Shown here in pieces: positions 21,366 through 33,169 of a DNA stretch of 56,100 bases; the first letter of the stretch is position 1; each line of letters begins with the position of its first letter. Position numbers and translations under genes: made by a program. Origin of the DNA: Octopus bimaculoides. Its lineage: Eukaryota. The stretch is from assembly GCF_001194135.2 (NCBI RefSeq), contig NC_069004.1:33394491-33450590 (forward strand), in the 5' to 3' direction. The notes under the pieces were generated by a model. That model had not been told where the DNA came from, made no database searches, and was given only the letters and a program-made list of their open reading frames with translations.

Positions 21366-21427
21366 TGATGGTAACCAATAATCTAGACGATGCCTGATCT
21401 CTGCATGTCTAGACTGTTGGATCATCA
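21366..21427. ncRNA. 62-nt hairpin (pre-miRNA-sized / dsRNA) in the putative 3' UTR
   Basis: TGATGGT-AA-CCAATAATCTAGAC-G-ATGC-(9-nt loop)-GCAT-GTCTAGACTGTTGG-ATCATCA; about 24 pairs. Confidence 0.4.
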
Positions 21428-21560
21428 GACTTGTGTGTCGTACCTTGCTCTTGAGAAGTTACCATTGTCTCTTGGGTGTTTTTGAAACAGAGCTAACCAC
21501 AGCCACTCAAGAATATTGAAATAACAGAAATGGAAAAAAAAAAAAAAAAGAAATGAATGA

Positions 21561-22318
21561 TTAAAAAAATGTATTTGATTGCCCTGAGAGTTCAAACTCT
21601 ATTCGTTTCATCTTCATCTCGTAGTATCGAGTCTGTGTCTGGATCCGCTTCTTGTCTGCTAACAGCACTTCGTACTGGAGCTGTAAAAGGTCTCCTTGCG
21701 TCACGGTGGCTGCTGAGTTCATGGAACTTTGGTGGGAAGATTTAGCTGAATGAGGAAGTGTGGCAGCCAGTGAAGGCTCCTGGTTGAGGGGCGACGACGT
21801 CAGGGACGCGGAGGAAACTGGGAAGGAACGGTAAGAGTTAAGAGTGCGAGACGGTAACGAGGAGTTTGACGAAGCATTTGGGGATATCATTGATGTGGGA
21901 ATGGCACTGTTGGAGGACTTTAGCAGAAAGTTACGAACAGATCTGTTGCGAGAAAATGGCCGAGTTGATGACAATGGTGAAGAGTACATCCTTTTTGTTG
22001 ACAGCGACATACCGGTTAATGGACGTAATTTAGATGAGTTGAAAGAGGTGAAAGGTCGCTGTGACCTGGATGGTGTCCGCGCTGGTGTGTGAGTGGTGGT
22101 GCCAGCATTGTTGTCTGTGAGATTAATGGTAAATTTATGAGAATTGTAATTGTTGTAGTTGTTGTCAGCAATGGAAGCCGCATTGCAGGTAACAGAGTCT
22201 GGTAATATTTCGGTATTGGCTCCATCTGTTAAAACTCTTTCAACTGGTTCATTCTGGATTTCATTGGTCAATAATGGTTCATCTTTTAAAACAGGATCTG
22301 GAATTTCTTCTTTTATAA
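21561..22318 (-). CDS. Myb/SANT-like DNA-binding protein, coding exon 2 (Ser/Thr-rich region plus C-terminal coiled coil)
   Basis: Open 252-codon frame after the polypyrimidine CATTTTAG acceptor; phase 1 matches exon 1 (G/TT = Val); ends DLLQLQYEVLLADKKRIQTQTRYYEMKMKRIEFEL..FF*. Confidence 0.85.
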
Positions 22319-22513
22319 CTAAAATGAAAGGAAATTGAGAAAATGTGGTGACAAATGAATCAAAAAACACTACTGAGGTATATTTAGCTGCTCTCTCCAT
22401 TTAATCATAACCTTCGATCAGTTTTAACGGTGGGACACAAGGGAGATGAACCTATAGATAATAGCATGTAAATATTGGGTTTAAAAAACCCCTGTGGATG
22501 GGGAAAGTTGAAG

Positions 22514-22577
22514 GCTACTTGTAGGACTTGAACCAACATCTATAAACATGACAGATGTTCTACCAGTGAACCAAAGC
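22514..22577 (-). pseudogene. tRNA-like remnant (Thr UGU-like) or SINE head
   Basis: D arm GTTC/GAAC, anticodon stem TCTGT/ATAGA with TGT, T arm GTTGG-TTCAAGT-CCTAC; acceptor stem and variable loop carry deletions. Confidence 0.4.
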
Positions 22578-22881
22578 ATTCCTTTAAATTTCTCCATCCA
22601 TTTTAGAATCTTTGTATGTTGTTTACATCAAAAGAATTTAGAAACTTAAATAAAATATGAAATAATTTCTTCAGCAGAACTGAAGGTAGAAGCTGTAAAT
22701 CGGTGGTTCTCAGTGTTGAGTCTGATGCTCACTGGGCACTGAATTATTCAATATGTTCCTTTTCATGAAGACAATATAGTTTGAGGGAGAGGTGGTTATT
22801 ATTTCGTGCAAATTGAGTGGTTAGGTAGAGGCCTCCTCACAGACTTTTTATTAAAGACTACACAGAGGTTAAGTGTGTGTG

Positions 22882-23240
22882 TGTGGCTGTGTACTAAGAG
22901 GTTCGCTTTCTAACCACATGATTGCAGAGTTCAATCTCACTGCAAGGCACCTTCGGCAAGTGCCTACTGTGATAACCTCAGGGCAACCAAAGCCTGGGGA
23001 ATAGATTTGGCAGATGGAAACTGAAACAAGCCCATCGTGTGTGTGTGTTTGTTCCTTACTACCATTGACAGTCGGTGTTAGTTTGTTTACATTCCAGTAA
23101 CTTAGCGGTTCGGGAAAAGGGAACCGATAGAATACGTACAAGGCTTACAAAAAATAAGTCCTGGGGTCGATGTCTTAGACTAAAAAACCCAATAAGACGG
23201 TGCTCCAGCATGGCCACAGTCAAATAACTGAAAGAATAAA
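22882..23240 (+). mobile_element. SINE family A, near full length
   Basis: Head, core, microsatellite and tail all colinear with the other copies. Confidence 0.85.
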
Positions 23241-23541
23241 GTTGAATTGAGCAGTTGCGGTTTCTGCACCACAACGTAAGCAAAAACTGGGTATAAGGGA
23301 CGTAACCGCAGCATAACAGCGTACCAAGGTGGTCTTTCGAGCCGAGAAGCGAAGGGCCAAGATTGCAATCGGACCCAAACTGTCCAACTTGGGATTTCGT
23401 TATTACGAAGAATCATGTCGAGAAACAAACAAGGTGCTGCCTTCCTTACACGTGACGTTTTGTCAAAGTCGGAAGTCCCTTCGCCTTTTGAAAAATTGGT
23501 GAACAGAGAAAATCTTCGGCTAATAGGCCACACACACACAC

Positions 23542-23617
<76 letters not shown>

Positions 23618-24835
23618 CTAATTCGGTTTGGAAACAATCCTAGCTCAGTCATAATTTACGTAATTAACCGTCATTGTATTAAATTTCAAATGTCATAACT
23701 GAAAACGTTTCGGTCAAGCGTTTTGGTCTGGTTCGGGGAGAAGAGGAAAAAGGGGAGCGGAGTAACTGTAGTGTTCAGCCCCGAATCAGTTTTTCTCTTC
23801 AGAGCAGACATCTGATTAAAAGAGAAAGACGTTCCAGCCTCGACCACCCTGTCTTTTTATTTACTTTCATATGTATATATATGCAAAATGTACTAGGACT
23901 ATATTATCTAATCAAACGCACCATTCTGCTTGAGTATATTCTCATCAAGTGTGTGCTCAGAAGGCAGAAAAAAAGGGAGTACCCACGTAGAGACAGAACA
24001 AGAATGAGTAACAGAGAGAGAGGTGGAGGGGTGCATGTGGGACGAAAGGGTAATTTGGAGATTAATGTTATTACAGGCCAATCGCTTAATATAGAATGTA
24101 CATACACATACATTTATATATATATACGCTTATGTATTTGTTTTCAAGATTCCTGATGTGAAATCGTGTATTGAAACAGACCATCCCGAAATATAATATA
24201 TATATGTATATATACATACACACACAAATAGATAAGGTTTGTGCCTGCACTTGTAACGACCTGTATTGTCAACAGCCTGCCACGGGTACAGAAGGAGCGA
24301 GATAAAACAGATTATATACATACACAAAAAACGTGTATACTTATTACCACCAGGTAATACAACTCCGCTACACAAACACACTATCCAACGTGCCCTAAAT
24401 GTTTTAGAAATCAGTGGCAAAATGAGAAATTTAGCTGTTATTTCTAGCATATGAAGTGACCACGTAATATATAAGTAACTAAGGGAAGAATTAGCTCATT
24501 TTATTATTTCGTAATTTAGGTGATTATATTGTTTTTTAAAAACCAATTAGGAATTTTATCTTCGTTAATTGATTTTTTTTTTCTTTCAATGTAACCTTTA
24601 ATGTAACGCCAATCAATTCGATACCTTTTGCTAACCGGCGCTTGTGTTCGAATTCTGCTGTGGATCGACTTCGATAAACTGCACGAATTGATGGGAGTAT
24701 TCTCCTTAAAAATCGATTAACGAACCTGAAATCTTTAATTATAAAGAATAATTTGTTCCGGAAAATGGATATCTTTTAATGGTACTTTCTGCAAATTTGT
24801 TTCAGGTGGTGTAGATTCCAATTACATCGGAATTT

Positions 24836-25162
24836 GTGGATATGTGGTAAGTAGCTTGCTTCTCAACCACATGTTTCCAGGTTCAGTCGCACTGCGTGAC
24901 ACCTTGGGCAAGTGTCTTCTACCTTAGCCTTGGGCCGACCAAAGCCCTGTGAGTGGATTTGGTAGACGGAAACTGAAAGAAGCCTGTCGTATATGTATGT
25001 ATATGTTTGTACCCTCCACTATCCCCGTAACATAGCAGTTCGGCAAAAGGGGCGATAGAATAAGTACTAGGCTTGGAAAGAATAAGTGCTGGGGTCGATT
25101 TGTTCGACTAAAGGCGGTGCTCCAGCATGGCCACACTCAAATGACTGACACAAATAAAAGAA
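24836..25162 (+). mobile_element. SINE family A, full length
   Basis: Colinear with 15941-16328. Confidence 0.9.
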
Positions 25163-25407
25163 TATATATATATATTTGTATACATGTGTGTGTATGTATG
25201 TGAGGAGCAACCTTCGACTTTTTCAATCCAAAACCGCTTTTTGAACCCAATATTTACCTGATACGGTTTATAGCTTTATATGTACTTCGAGATCCACTGT
25301 TTCAGAGACTGATATCTATCTATCTATCCATCTATCTATCTATCTATCTATCTGTCTGTCTATCCATATCCATATCTATAGACATATAATCCATACGCCA
25401 TACTCAC

Positions 25408-26203
25408 CGATTGTAAGGTCTTCTCCAACGCCAGGGTCGTTCACGAGACTGTCCCCATTAATGAGGGAATTGGTAACAACAGTCGCATTACTGACAAGTG
25501 TGTTATTGTTATTTGGGACGTGATTACTGTTCGTATTATTATTTTTAATACTGTTGATGTTAATATTGCTGTTGTTACCGTTTACCGTAGTAGTTACAGT
25601 GGTGGAGCCAGCGGCGATCGAGTACCCGGGATCGCTTCCATCAGTGGTCACCTGTGTAACAGTAGCAGTGGGATCGATGCCATCGGCGGCGGTGATCACA
25701 ACACCGCCGCCGCCGCCGCCACCCAAAGGTTCCAATTGAACATCGAGCAACGATGGCGGCGGTGGTGGTTGTTGTTGTGGTTGCTGTTGTTGTTGCTGTT
25801 GTACATGTTGTTGTTTGTCCGGACCGATAGCTGCTAACCTAACCACCCGGTTACCATTAATCAAAGACGACGGACTGGTCGTAGCGATGTTCAGATTGTC
25901 CAGTTCTTCGAAAGTTCGAAGGTTGATCTTTCTTTCGGCGAACATTCGCCTCGCTTTCCTCTGCATATTTCTCCATTTCTCCTTCACTTCGCTCACACGA
26001 CGTCTGTTGACACCAACGGCATTAATAGCATCGGTAATGCGCTCCCAGATCCTCTGCTTCTTCTGGTTCGTAATGGAATTGGTCAGTTTCGAGTTGAGGA
26101 TTATCATGTGTTTTTCGTATTCATGAGTTAGGATCGACACCTCCTTTTCGGAGAAATTTCGTTTCTTCGATCTTTTCTTAAACAGAAACTTGGTGTCGTT
26201 CAT
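25408..26203 (-). CDS. Myb/SANT-like DNA-binding protein (Myb_DNA-bind_5 type; NAIF1/MSANTD/Apontic-like), coding exon 1
   Basis: KRNFSEKEVSIL..KKQRIWERITDAINAVGVNRRRVSEVKEKWRNMQRKAR fits the NFS.xE..L/K..W.I..VN..R..KW pattern; ACCATG start context; G/GTGAGT donor at 25407. Confidence 0.9.
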
Positions 26204-27184
26204 GGTTTCGTTTCTTTTTTATTTAGTTTACTGCCATGATGGGACTGATGCATGCCGGGACGACGACGCTGCTTCTCTCTCACCCTCGCTCTTTGTCTCT
26301 CTCTCTCTCTCCCTCGCTCTTTCTCTATCTATCTAACTTACTAGCTCTTTGCCTATATTTTTTCTCTCTGTATCTCTCTATCTGTTTTCTCTTTCTATCT
26401 ATATCTATTTTCTTCTCTCCCTCAATCTTTTCGCATCTCTCACTCTCCATATATCTAACTCTCTCTCTCTTTATCTATCTATCTATTTTTCTCTCTATTT
26501 CGCTCTTCTGTTAATTTCTGTCTCTTTCTTTCCCCCTCACACTCTATACATTTCACTCTGCTCCCCCTCCTTCTCACCATCTCTATCTCTCTTTTACCAC
26601 CCGTTTTACCATAGGGTGATCGGTAAACACTGTAAACGGAACGAATATTACTTACAGAATCTCATTCAATTACAATCATTATCCGGTAAAAACAAACTAT
26701 ATAAATCAAAATTTATTTTCTCAAAACACGGGATTAATTTAACGAAAAAGAGAAAATAATAATAAAAAATACGAAACTACGAACCGAGCAATGGTTAAAA
26801 CGTTAGAGATATTGAATTTCAAAGTCGAACATCGATTGTCTCCCTTGTCTCTTTATGTCTAATATCCATATCTTTCAAGTGTTAATCCTTTCTGTCAAGT
26901 ATTTCTTTGTTTAAATCATATTATTGTAAGTTGTTGCAATTAAAACAGAAATTTAATAGATAAAATAGTCGTTAGATTTTGTTATTGAATGTAAACTCCT
27001 CATTCGTGAGGTTTAAAATGTTGAAAATCTTTGCATTATTCGGCTTGCAGTAAGAAAGTTACAGAATTGTCTCCCTTCAAACCTGTGAATGAACAACCTA
27101 CAGCAATGTGGTCGATGTGGTTTCGTAGCTTCCTGGTCAGCCTTGACTAAAAGTATTCCAAATATAACAATATCGAACCTCTAC

Positions 27185-27443
27185 GTTACGGAGACGTAAA
27201 CACACCAATACCGGTTGTCAAGCGGTGGTGGGAGACAATCACAGACACAAAGACGTACATACATGAACATACACACACATATATATACGATGGACTTCTT
27301 TCAGTTTCCATCTACGAAATCCACTCAAAAAGGTTTTGGTCAGCTATAGGCTATAAATGAAGACACTTGCCCAAGGTGCCACGCAATGGGACTGAACCTG
27401 GAACCATGTGGTTGGGAAGCAAGTTTCTTACCATACAGCCACA
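27185..27443 (-). mobile_element. SINE family A, 3'-truncated
   Basis: Head and core match. Confidence 0.85.
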
Positions 27444-27878
27444 TCAGCGCTTATATTTAGACCTACATTATCTAACGTCCTCTTCTGTTTGTTTTTTAAT
27501 AAAATAGGGTGTAATGTAAGAAAACTTTAGCTATTGTTTCTAGCAAGCCTTGCAATTACACAGATGCTCTCTTTTTGGAATTTGATAGAAGGATGAGTCT
27601 GTGATGCCAGTGGAAATCATGGTACCATGAAATCAAACTAACTAAAGTACAATTAAGTAAGGTGGAGTACCTGCTGTTATATGACATACTCACGTCCTTT
27701 TCACAGAGCAGATGTCTTCATTACACAGCCTATAATCATTAAAAGACAGTTCTCAAGGAATCACTCTATTCTGAATAGCCATCTATTTATCATACTTAAT
27801 GTATCTACACCATTGATAGGCTAGTTGCTGCGTACTGCAATAACCTTTAAAATCCGTGTTGCTTTTTTTTATTCTATA

Positions 27879-27910
<32 letters not shown>

Positions 27911-28749
27911 NNNNNNNNNNNNNNNNNNNNNNNNNNNNNNNNNNNNNNNNNNNNNNNNNNNNNNNNNNNNNNNNNNNNNNNNNNNNNNNNNNNNNNNNNN
28001 NNNNNNNNNNNNNNNNNNNNNNNNNNNNNNNNNNNNNNNNNNNNNNNNNNNNNNNNNNNNNNNNNNNNNNNNNNNNNNNNNNNNNNNNNNNNNNNNNNNN
28101 NNNNNNNNNNNNNNNNNNNNNNNNNNNNNNNNNNNNNNNNNNNNNNNNNNNNNNNNNNNNNNNNNNNNNNNNNNNNNNNNNNNNNNNNNNNNNNNNNNNN
28201 NNNNNNNNNNNNNNNNNNNNNNNNNNNNNNNNNNNNNNNNNNNNNNNNNNNNNNNNNNNNNNNNNNNNNNNNNNNNNNNNNNNNNNNNNNNNNNNNNNNN
28301 NNNNNNNNNNNNNNNNNNNNNNNNNNNNNNNNNNNNNNNNNNNNNNNNNNNNNNNNNNNNNNNNNNNNNNNNNNNNNNNNNNNNNNNNNNNNNNNNNNNN
28401 NNNNNNNNNNNNNNNNNNNNNNNNNNNNNNNNNNNNNNNNNNNNNNNNNNNNNNNNNNNNNNNNNNNNNNNNNNNNNNNNNNNNNNNNNNNNNNNNNNNN
28501 NNNNNNNNNNNNNNNNNNNNNTGTGTGGGTGTGTGGGTGTGCATGTGTTTGAGTTTTTTTTTTTTTACGTCACATGGTAGTTGTAAATGAGTGTCCCCCT
28601 CTTAAATGCAGGCGTTTTCCTATGTTGCCAAAATTCTGTGAGAACATGTTTGGCCAGGAGAGACATATCATGCTTGGAATGAGGTGAGGTTTGGTGATAG
28701 GAAGAGCATCCAACTGCAGAAGAAATTTGCCTCAATGAATTTTGACTGA

Positions 28750-29130
28750 TCCATGCATATGTGGAGAAATGGTCAGTAAGATTATGATGATGAGGATGAT
28801 GATGATATTTGTGGTGATGATGGTGGTGGTGGTGGTGGTGGTAGTGGTGATGGTGATGATGATGGTGGTGATGGTGATGATGGTGGTTGTGGTGGTGGTG
28901 GTGATGGTGGTGGTGGTGGTGGTGATGGCGATGATGATGGTGGTGATGGTGATGATGATGTTGGTGGTAGTGGTAGTGGTGGTGATGATGATGATGATGG
29001 CAGCAATGATGATGATAGCGGTGGCGGTGATGATGATGATGATGATGAAGATGATCACAATGATGACAATTACGATGATGGTGATGACTCTGATGACGAC
29101 AACAGCAACGAAGACGATGACAATGATGTA
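28750..29130. repeat. (GAT)/(GGT) trinucleotide repeat block
   Basis: Direct inspection. Confidence 0.95.
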
Positions 29131-29569
29131 TCTTAAGATATCATCTATTTATATCGAAACTCCTTTTGCGTCAAGTTGTTAAATAATGATTTGATTATTC
29201 TTAGCCATTATTATTTTGTTTTGTTTTTATTCGTTGATATCAATTTCTTATCAAAGTGCTATTTCAATTTGCTGACAAAGGTGGCCAATGATAAAAGATA
29301 TGACTAATGGAAAAAAAACCAAAAAAAAAAACCAATAAAATAAATGATAAAAATAATGCGTTTTCTAATTTAGCACAAGGTCAACAAGTTAGCAAACACC
29401 ATGCATTTCTGCTTTTAAACTAACTTGATTTTTTTATTTTATCATTCTTCAAAAGGATAAAAGGGAAAAATGGATGACCCCAGGAAAGTAGAGAGCCTCA
29501 AAAAATCCCACAAGATGTAGTGTGTGAGGAGAGGGAGTCACAGTCATGGGTGGAGGAACCAAAATACAG

Positions 29570-29690
29570 CACTCATATTGCCAGAGGTTCTGGTCCTCAT
29601 CTGAGGGGTTCAAGATCCTGAGGTCAGCGTCCACCACTTCATCCCATATCTTCCCGAGTCTTGTTCTTTTGCAGATTCCAGACACATTAA
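29570..29690 (-). mobile_element. RTE-clade LINE ORF2 C-terminal fragment
   Basis: GICKRTRLGKIWDEVVDADLRILN..DQNLWQY resembles GRPRKTWDEVV..DL..L..DR.LWR. Confidence 0.55.
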
Positions 29691-29945
29691 GTGAACGGCA
29701 CTTTTTTTTATATGGCTGTCCTCATTCACACACACATCACATGATTCTACCATTTCAGTCTTCTTTTCTCTGATTCCTCCTACACCCAGTTTTTTTGCTA
29801 ATTTCTACTAATTCTTTCAAGTACACCCACATTGCACATCCAGTGGAGCCAGCTGACTTCATTTATTTCCAGTCCTTCTGCATTCTAGGCCCATATCTCA
29901 CTACCATGCAGCATTGCAGTTCTAATGCAGCCATCATACAATCTG

Positions 29946-29978
<33 letters not shown>

Positions 29979-30377
29979 NNNNNNNNNNNNNNNNNNNNNN
30001 NNNNNNNNNNNNNNNNNNNNNNNNNNNNNNNNNNNNNNNNNNNNNNNNNNNNNNNNNNNNNNNNNNNNNNNNNNNNNNNNNNNNNNNNNNNNNNNNNNNN
30101 NNNNNNNNNNNNNNNNNNNNNNNNNNNNNNNNNNNNNNNNNNNNNNNNNNNNNNNNNNNNNNNNNNNNNNNNNNNNNNNNNNNNNNNNNNNNNNNNNNNN
30201 NNNNNNNNNNNNNNNNNNNNNNNNNNNNNNNNNNNNNNNNNNNNNNNNNNNNNNNNNNNNNNNNNNNNNNNNNNNNNNNNNNNNNNNNNNNNNNNNNNNN
30301 NNNNNNNNNNNNNNNNNNNNNNNNNNNNNNNNNNNNNNNNNNNNNNNNNNNNNNNNNNNNNNNNNNNNNNNNNNNNN

Positions 30378-30699
30378 GAATGCACGTGGCTTAGTGGTTA
30401 GGGCATTTGGCCCACGACCGTAAAGTCGTGGGTTCAATTCCCGGTGACGCATTGTGTCCTTGAGCAAGAAACTTTATTTCACATTGCTCCTGATCACTCA
30501 GCTGGCAAAAATGAGTAGTACCTGTATTTCAAAGGGGCCAGCTTTGTCACACTCTGTGTCGCGCTGAATCTCCCTGAGAACTACGTTAAGGGGCACACGT
30601 GTCTGTGGAATGCTCAGCCACTTGCACGTTAATTTCATGAGCAAGCTGTTCTGTTGATCATATCAGCTGGGACCCTCGTCATCACCGACGGAGTGCTCC
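30378..30699 (+). mobile_element. SINE family D, full length
   Basis: A box TGGCTTAGTGGTTAG, B box GGTTCAATTCC, central TGTGTCCTTGAGCAAGA motif like V/Meta-type SINE domains. Confidence 0.8.
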
Positions 30700-31399
30700 T
30701 TTATATATATATGGGGCTAAACAACAAAAATGAATCCTTTTTTGCTGCAAACATATTTTGTTTTCCTTCACAAAGACAGGGTGCTACAAAAAAGACCTCC
30801 CACGTCTTATAGGTTGGCAAATTTTTCAACAACAAAGAAACTAACACATAGTGTGTACCAATCCCAAGCATACCAATAACACTAAAAAACAAACAACACA
30901 AACAAAAAACCTAGAACAGTAAAAGATAAGCTACAATGTAAATGGAGGTGCTTAGGAGACGTCACCTCATTTTGAAGGACAATTCAGTTGCTAAAGCATT
31001 CTCTAGTGACTAAACAGATATTATTTGTCAATTGTCAATTACCCACCATAACCTTGTTTTTTGACACACATGTTTTTGTTTTGTTTAAGTAGAGTTAAGT
31101 AAGTATTCAATTCAACTCTGTAACGAAATCAATTGGACCCCCGAAGACTGTATGCAAATTGTTCTGGCATCAAAATGCCCAGTTTTGATGTAATTGTAAC
31201 AAAAATGAAATATCAAGGTGACGAGAATGACTCCCTACTAATTGGTGACCATGACATGAACTTAGTTATATGTCGCAGTTGGCACAATTGAGTAAGAGAC
31301 AAATGGCACCAATACCATCGAATCAGAAAAGTGGACACAATGGGATCCAAACAGTGGCCAAAGGCTAGCTGTTACCTATTATGTTCAAACGCACATATA

Positions 31400-31855
31400 T
31401 ATAATTAAGGTCACCCTTCAGTCACTGGACAATAAACTATGCTTGCATAGACCTGTTGAGGCAAGTGAAATCGCTGTCATGGGCTGATGACAGTCCCACC
31501 TGATTGGCACCTGTGCCAGTGGAACATTAAAAACACCATGCGAGCGTGATCATTGCCAGGGCTACTCACCGGCTCCCGTGCTGGTGGCACATAAAAAACA
31601 TACCATTCGAGTGTGGTTGTTGCCAGTGCTGCCGGACTGGCTCCTGTGCAGGCGGTACGTAAAAAGCACCATTTGAGCATGGCTGATGCTAGTACTGCCT
31701 AATTGGCCCTCGTGCCAGTGGCATGTAAAAGCACCCACTATACTCTCGTAGTGGTTGGCATTAGAAAGGGCATCCAGCTGTTGAAACTTTGCCAGATCAG
31801 ATTGGAGACTGATGCAGCTTTCTCGCTCGCCAGCCCTCAGTCAAACCTATGGAAT
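31400..31855 (+). mobile_element. SINE/LINE family C, long copy with internal tandem subrepeats
   Basis: Repeated GTGCC(A/G)GTGGCAC(G/A)TAAAA(A)GCACC units followed by the GAAGGGCATCCAGCTG core. Confidence 0.8.
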
Positions 31856-32534
31856 GGTTTCACTTGTGGTCTCTTATCAACCAGAGCAATCTTGAGCAAG
31901 TTTCCGTACCTAATTTCTTAGCTTTCTCCAGTTCTCTGGGTTCCAGTCCTTTCTTCTGCTGAAAATATTGCACTGATCCAGACGCAAAGCTGTGGCAGCC
32001 GATTTTAATGGGAAAATGAGGCCGTACGATTGACGAAACGAATTAGTTAACATAAAATTCACTTTTCGTTTTATATCATTTGTAAAGGAAAAACATCAAC
32101 TAAAAAATCAATAAAGTAAAAAATAAGTTAGCTTATAAGTTTATAGATATGAATATTAAGCTTTATCACAAGACCAGAGTTGAAATTTTGGAAGTAAAAG
32201 TAGTAAAAAAAAAAGACGGAAACATAATTTCAGAAAGTTTGAAAAATCTTCATTTTCCGTTGAAATTTTAATTTCGAAGTTGCATAAAAAATCTGAAACT
32301 AAAGAAAAATAACCGAAACGAAACTAAGCGCTGCACTCCTTAATATAAAATCCTGTTTCTAAATGAAAATGAAAGGTTAAAGTCAACGTAGTGACCTCTT
32401 GTCTGTCTGTCTGACCGAATCGTTATTTTGTTTTGTCTTGGTTTCATTACTTTATTTAGTACGACTAAATAAAATTAAGATACACAAACATATAGATGTT
32501 ATTATATTCATTTAAAAATTATGCTTTTCTTCCC

Positions 32535-32685
32535 GTAATCTGGCGGTTCGGCCAAAGAGGTCGATAGAATAAGTACCGGGCTTTAAAAAAAGTACTAGGG
32601 CTGATTCATTCGACTAAAAATTCTTCATGGTGGTGTCCCAGCACGGCCGCAGTGTAATAATGATTGACACAAGTAAAAGATTTAA
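32535..32685 (+). mobile_element. SINE family A, 3' half
   Basis: GATAGAATAAGTAC..CAGCACGGCCGCAGT..ACAAGTAAAAGA. Confidence 0.75.
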
Positions 32686-33169
32686 GAAAATCCTTAAGCT
32701 CCTGTGTTTATACAGAAGGTGAAAAGCGAAAAAAAAAAAAAAAAAGATATACAAAAACTCCAATTTTCTTCCCTTTTCTTTTCTTCTTTGCAGAATCATA
32801 ATTTACGATGCTTAAAACAAGAACTTCCGAAAATAAAAATAACAAAAAAAAAGAAAGAAAAAGAAAAAAAATTTTGCACAATAGATAATTTACGACTCTA
32901 TTGTACAGGATCACACATAAAAGTAACTGTGATAATTTAGTCAGACAGTGATGGTCACATCTGGAGCACATCTGATTGTATTTTCTGGTGGATCAATTAG
33001 CTCCGACTCCGGAAATAAATAACAATAATTAGTAATATTGCTAATAGGATAAAATTAATTGCTGCTGCTGCTGCCGGTCTCGTGTCATCAGGTGGTGAGT
33101 AAAAACAACAAGGGCGTTACCATCGCCGCTTCCGCCATCATATATAGACGCAGATACGAAGGAACCCTT

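Noticed and set aside
21380-21430. SECIS or box C/D snoRNA reading of the 3' UTR hairpin
   Set aside because: No 3' GA quartet partner, no in-frame UGA in the gene and no box D at a suitable position.
21561-22400. Stand-alone 279-aa gene as given in the ORF track
   Set aside because: The first 27 codons are intronic polypyrimidine-like sequence; a phase-compatible acceptor at 22319 joins it to the Myb exon.
23341-23352. 12-nt match (TCGCTTCTCGGC, minus strand) to the 5' end of U2 snRNA
   Set aside because: Similarity stops after 12 nt; no branch-point recognition region or Sm site follows.
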